From contig CATKXY010000011.1 in NCBI GenBank assembly GCA_949840915.1, positions 39,192 through 103,191 on the forward strand: DNA of 64,000 nt, in the 5' to 3' direction. Below the pieces are notes generated by a model, which saw only the letters and a list, made by a program, of their open reading frames with translations, was not told the origin of the DNA and did no database searches. Origin of the DNA: an uncultured Lachnospiraceae bacterium. GTDB lineage: Bacteria > Bacillota > Clostridia > Lachnospirales > Lachnospiraceae. Made by a program: the position numbers and the translations under genes. Shown here in pieces: positions 61,679 to 64,000 of this stretch (positions are counted from its first letter, which is position 1; each line of letters starts with the position of its first letter).

Positions 61679-62302
61679 CTATTCTGACCAGTTCATCTCT
61701 TCATTGGAAATACCTAATTTTCTACACTCATTGCATACATAATCTTTTTCAGTCTGATTTCCAATATGATATTTTAAAATCCTGTCTTTAAACACAATAT
61801 ATTTTTCGTTACCCGCCTTAAAATCAACAAACCAATTCTCATTTTTATCAGGATTAAACAGCATAACTTTTGAAATTAGCTCCGGAAAATCCTTTCTGCC
61901 ACTTGTAAAAAATAATGCAGTCCAGTATTTGGGTTTCCCGCCGGTATTCCACAATTCAATTTTATGAATATTAAGGCAATCAATGATACTATCGTCCGCT
62001 ATGCTTTCTTTAATCAATATTCCTTCATATAATTCCTGTTTCTTTTGATGGATTGCATTGCTGCCACAACTAAGAACATCTTTTGCAGCATTTAACGTCA
62101 ATTCATCTTTTAATAAAACATCCATAGATACCCGAAAAGTTTCTCCTAATATTAATAGTTTATCAGTCTCCGGTAATGCAATGTCAGCTTCCCATTTAGA
62201 TATAGATTGCCTGCTAACATTACATATTGTTGCAAGTTCCTCTTGAGTCATTCCATTTGCTTTTCTTAGTTCTATAATCTTTTCTGATAATTTCACCGTC
62301 AC
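61679..62302 (-). CDS. XRE HTH regulator with an unknown C-terminal domain
   Basis: TQEELA...[11 protein letters not shown]...PETDKL. Confidence 0.85.
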   Translation of the reverse strand: MTVKLSEKIIELRKANGMTQEELATICNVSRQSISKWEADIALPETDKLLILGETFRVSMDVLLKDELTLNAAKDVLSCGSNAIHQKKQELYEGILIKESIADDSIIDCLNIHKIELWNTGGKPKYWTALFFTSGRKDFPELISKVMLFNPDKNENWFVDFKAGNEKYIVFKDRILKYHIGNQTEKDYVCNECRKLGISNEEMNWSE

Positions 62303-62611
62303 ACCTCCATTTACTAATTGTACTATACAAAATAACAGTACTGTTTACCACCAACCCTAAAGTTCTTTTTGGCAACCCACAGTTGCGAATAAAGACTTTT
62401 GTCCAGCCTACCGAGGAGCATTACCCCGCCCCTCGGTCTTTGCTTTTACCGCACTTTGTTGTTGCTAGCCTGCCACTTTCTTTGGCGGATTCTTCAGTCT
62501 TTCAAGCGCACTCCTCTTATCCTGCTTTTGATTATCGCTGAGGTGTTTCCGGCATACCCAGGTTTTTATCTCCGGTCATATCCACCGGTTTTATGAGTTT
62601 ATGTAGATATT

Positions 62612-62815
62612 TTAATCATTATGAAATACTACATCTTTATTAGCAATTACCTCTCGTCTGTTTTCTCGTTCCGGCTGCTTCTCTTGTAGCAAGATACTGT
62701 CTATGTTCTGCTCCATTGTGTCGTACTGCTTCACTTTCTTTTTCAGTTTCCCGCCGTTCTTTGCCGCCTGCTTCAAGTAGTGTATCTTCGCCCACTGTTC
62801 GTATCGTTCTTCCAC
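62612..62815 (-). pseudogene. Probable relaxase/mobilisation gene remnant
   Basis: YEQWAKIH.LKQAAK joined to KVKQYD...NIDSIL.QEK.PERE; both resemble clostridial relaxase C-terminal segments from recall. Confidence 0.55.
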
Positions 62816-62869
62816 TCCGTCAGCATGTCAAATAGCTGTTCCCTGTATTCGTTAGATACTCTTACGAGT

Positions 62870-63286
62870 TCAAAATTCATACTTTGTTCCATGTGAAAAT
62901 AACAGTCCATCTGTTAATTCTACACGTAAAATTATAGTATTTTCATCACCAAAATTATTATGTCCGTTATTGATCCATTCCGCAAAAACTTTTTTCAATT
63001 TATCAGCAATTTCAATATTTTCTTCCTTCCCGAAATAACCTAAATTGACACCTTTTCCATGTGCTGTAAACCAATCACCAGCAATTGCAACCGTAGAATT
63101 ATTTTCAATATGTTTTATTTTATTTGAAAGAGCATATGTAATGATATAAAATGCGTTGTTCTCATAATAAGCATTTACATACCTCACATATGGCATATCA
63201 TTTTTTACTGTTGATAACGCTATAATCGTGTCTCTTCCAAAACGGTCAATCATTATTTTTTCAGCTTCCTGATTCCATTTGCTCAT
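62870..63286 (-). CDS. Pyridoxamine 5'-phosphate oxidase-like FMN-binding protein
   Basis: ALST....PYVR.VNAYY...FYIIT...SNK.K.I..N..VA. Confidence 0.85.
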   Translation of the reverse strand: MSKWNQEAEKIMIDRFGRDTIIALSTVKNDMPYVRYVNAYYENNAFYIITYALSNKIKHIENNSTVAIAGDWFTAHGKGVNLGYFGKEENIEIADKLKKVFAEWINNGHNNFGDENTIILRVELTDGLLFSHGTKYEF

Positions 63287-63586
63287 AAGTCCCCCACAAA
63301 TTCTAATATACTGCTTCACAACAGCATTGCAGATTTTTGATTGCTTTTTAAGGGGTCTTATCGCCATAATATCTATACTTTACACCTTATCTCCAGTTTC
63401 AGAGCAAACAGGTATCATACGGGTATCACGGGTTTTCTCCTTGACTGCAATATACCCCCTATTTTGATGATAATGGCACAAGATGCTGCAATCATCATTT
63501 TTACTGCTAAATCCCTTATAGAATAAGCGTTCAAAATCCCCTAAAGCGTAACAATACTTTTTTCCACCTTCCCTACAAATCGGAAC

Positions 63587-64000
63587 TTATTTTGTGTCTT
63601 GAATTAACCGATAGGCTTCTTTTGCATAATCAGCATTTTCGAGAAACAAATTAGGAAGTTCCTCTATTCTGTCAACATCATTACAGCAATACTGCACAAC
63701 GTATGTAACAATTGTTTCGATATTCTTCCCACATTTATCAAACAATTCCGCAGACTTTATCCAGTTCTCCTGCTTATATTCCTGCCCCAATTCATGGACA
63801 ATCGCTGCAAGCCTGTCATAATTTGCACAGTATGGTATATCAACTTCTTTCACTCCCATAATCTGATTTGGCACTTTAGGCACTTTCCCCATATATTCAG
63901 TAATAGAAATAAGGGCTTTTCTGTAATCTTCTTCTGAAAATTTCTTTTTCCATTTCGGAAGTTCTTTTGCAATTTTTTCATAGGCAGAAATTCCAAGAAT
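63587..64000 (-). CDS. Hypothetical protein, probably 5'-truncated by the window edge
   Basis: Frame appears open upstream of the tracked ATG at 63892 towards the window end; stop at 63587. Confidence 0.55.
   Translation of the reverse strand: MLGISAYEKIAKELPKWKKKFSEEDYRKALISITEYMGKVPKVPNQIMGVKEVDIPYCANYDRLAAIVHELGQEYKQENWIKSAELFDKCGKNIETIVTYVVQYCCNDVDRIEELPNLFLENADYAKEAYRLIQDTK

Noticed and set aside
1-64000. CRISPR array, rRNA, tRNA, intact transposase or integrase
   Set aside because: No regularly spaced repeats, RNA-gene signatures or recombinase/transposase ORFs seen by eye.

Overview
A 64-kb chromosomal window from a motile, Lachnospiraceae-like Clostridia genome (inferred from gene content and AGGAG/TTGACA signals). 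Most genes lie on the minus strand. In order: a chemotaxis operon (PAS kinase, receiver/HD-GYP protein, cheR, cheB, cheY-like, cheA, cheW); a pentose isomerase and xylB; a MoxR-DUF58-transglutaminase triad; an MCP; a cysK-metNIQ-Rrf2 sulfur operon divergent from aroA-arcC; a protein with 8 tandem SHOCT-like repeats; a 1764-aa exported surface protein; an orphan TRAP DctP lipoprotein ahead of two MCPs; three MATE pumps; a methyltransferase frameshifted at a poly-G tract; and a helicase IV-like gene with nuclease-like, Zn-ribbon and RQC domains. From about 50 kb there is an accessory region with a Mef-like MFS, GNATs, a two-component/ABC module and several internally deleted remnants (LytTR/GHKL operon, vat/catB, relaxase), ending in an AT-rich small-gene array. 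I saw no rRNA, tRNA, CRISPR array or intact mobile element. The best leads are DctP-MCP coupling, paired pseudo-domains in the che operon, the SHOCT-array protein and its structured leader, the multidomain helicase, and the poly-G switch. All calls are by-eye motif recognition, with no database searches.
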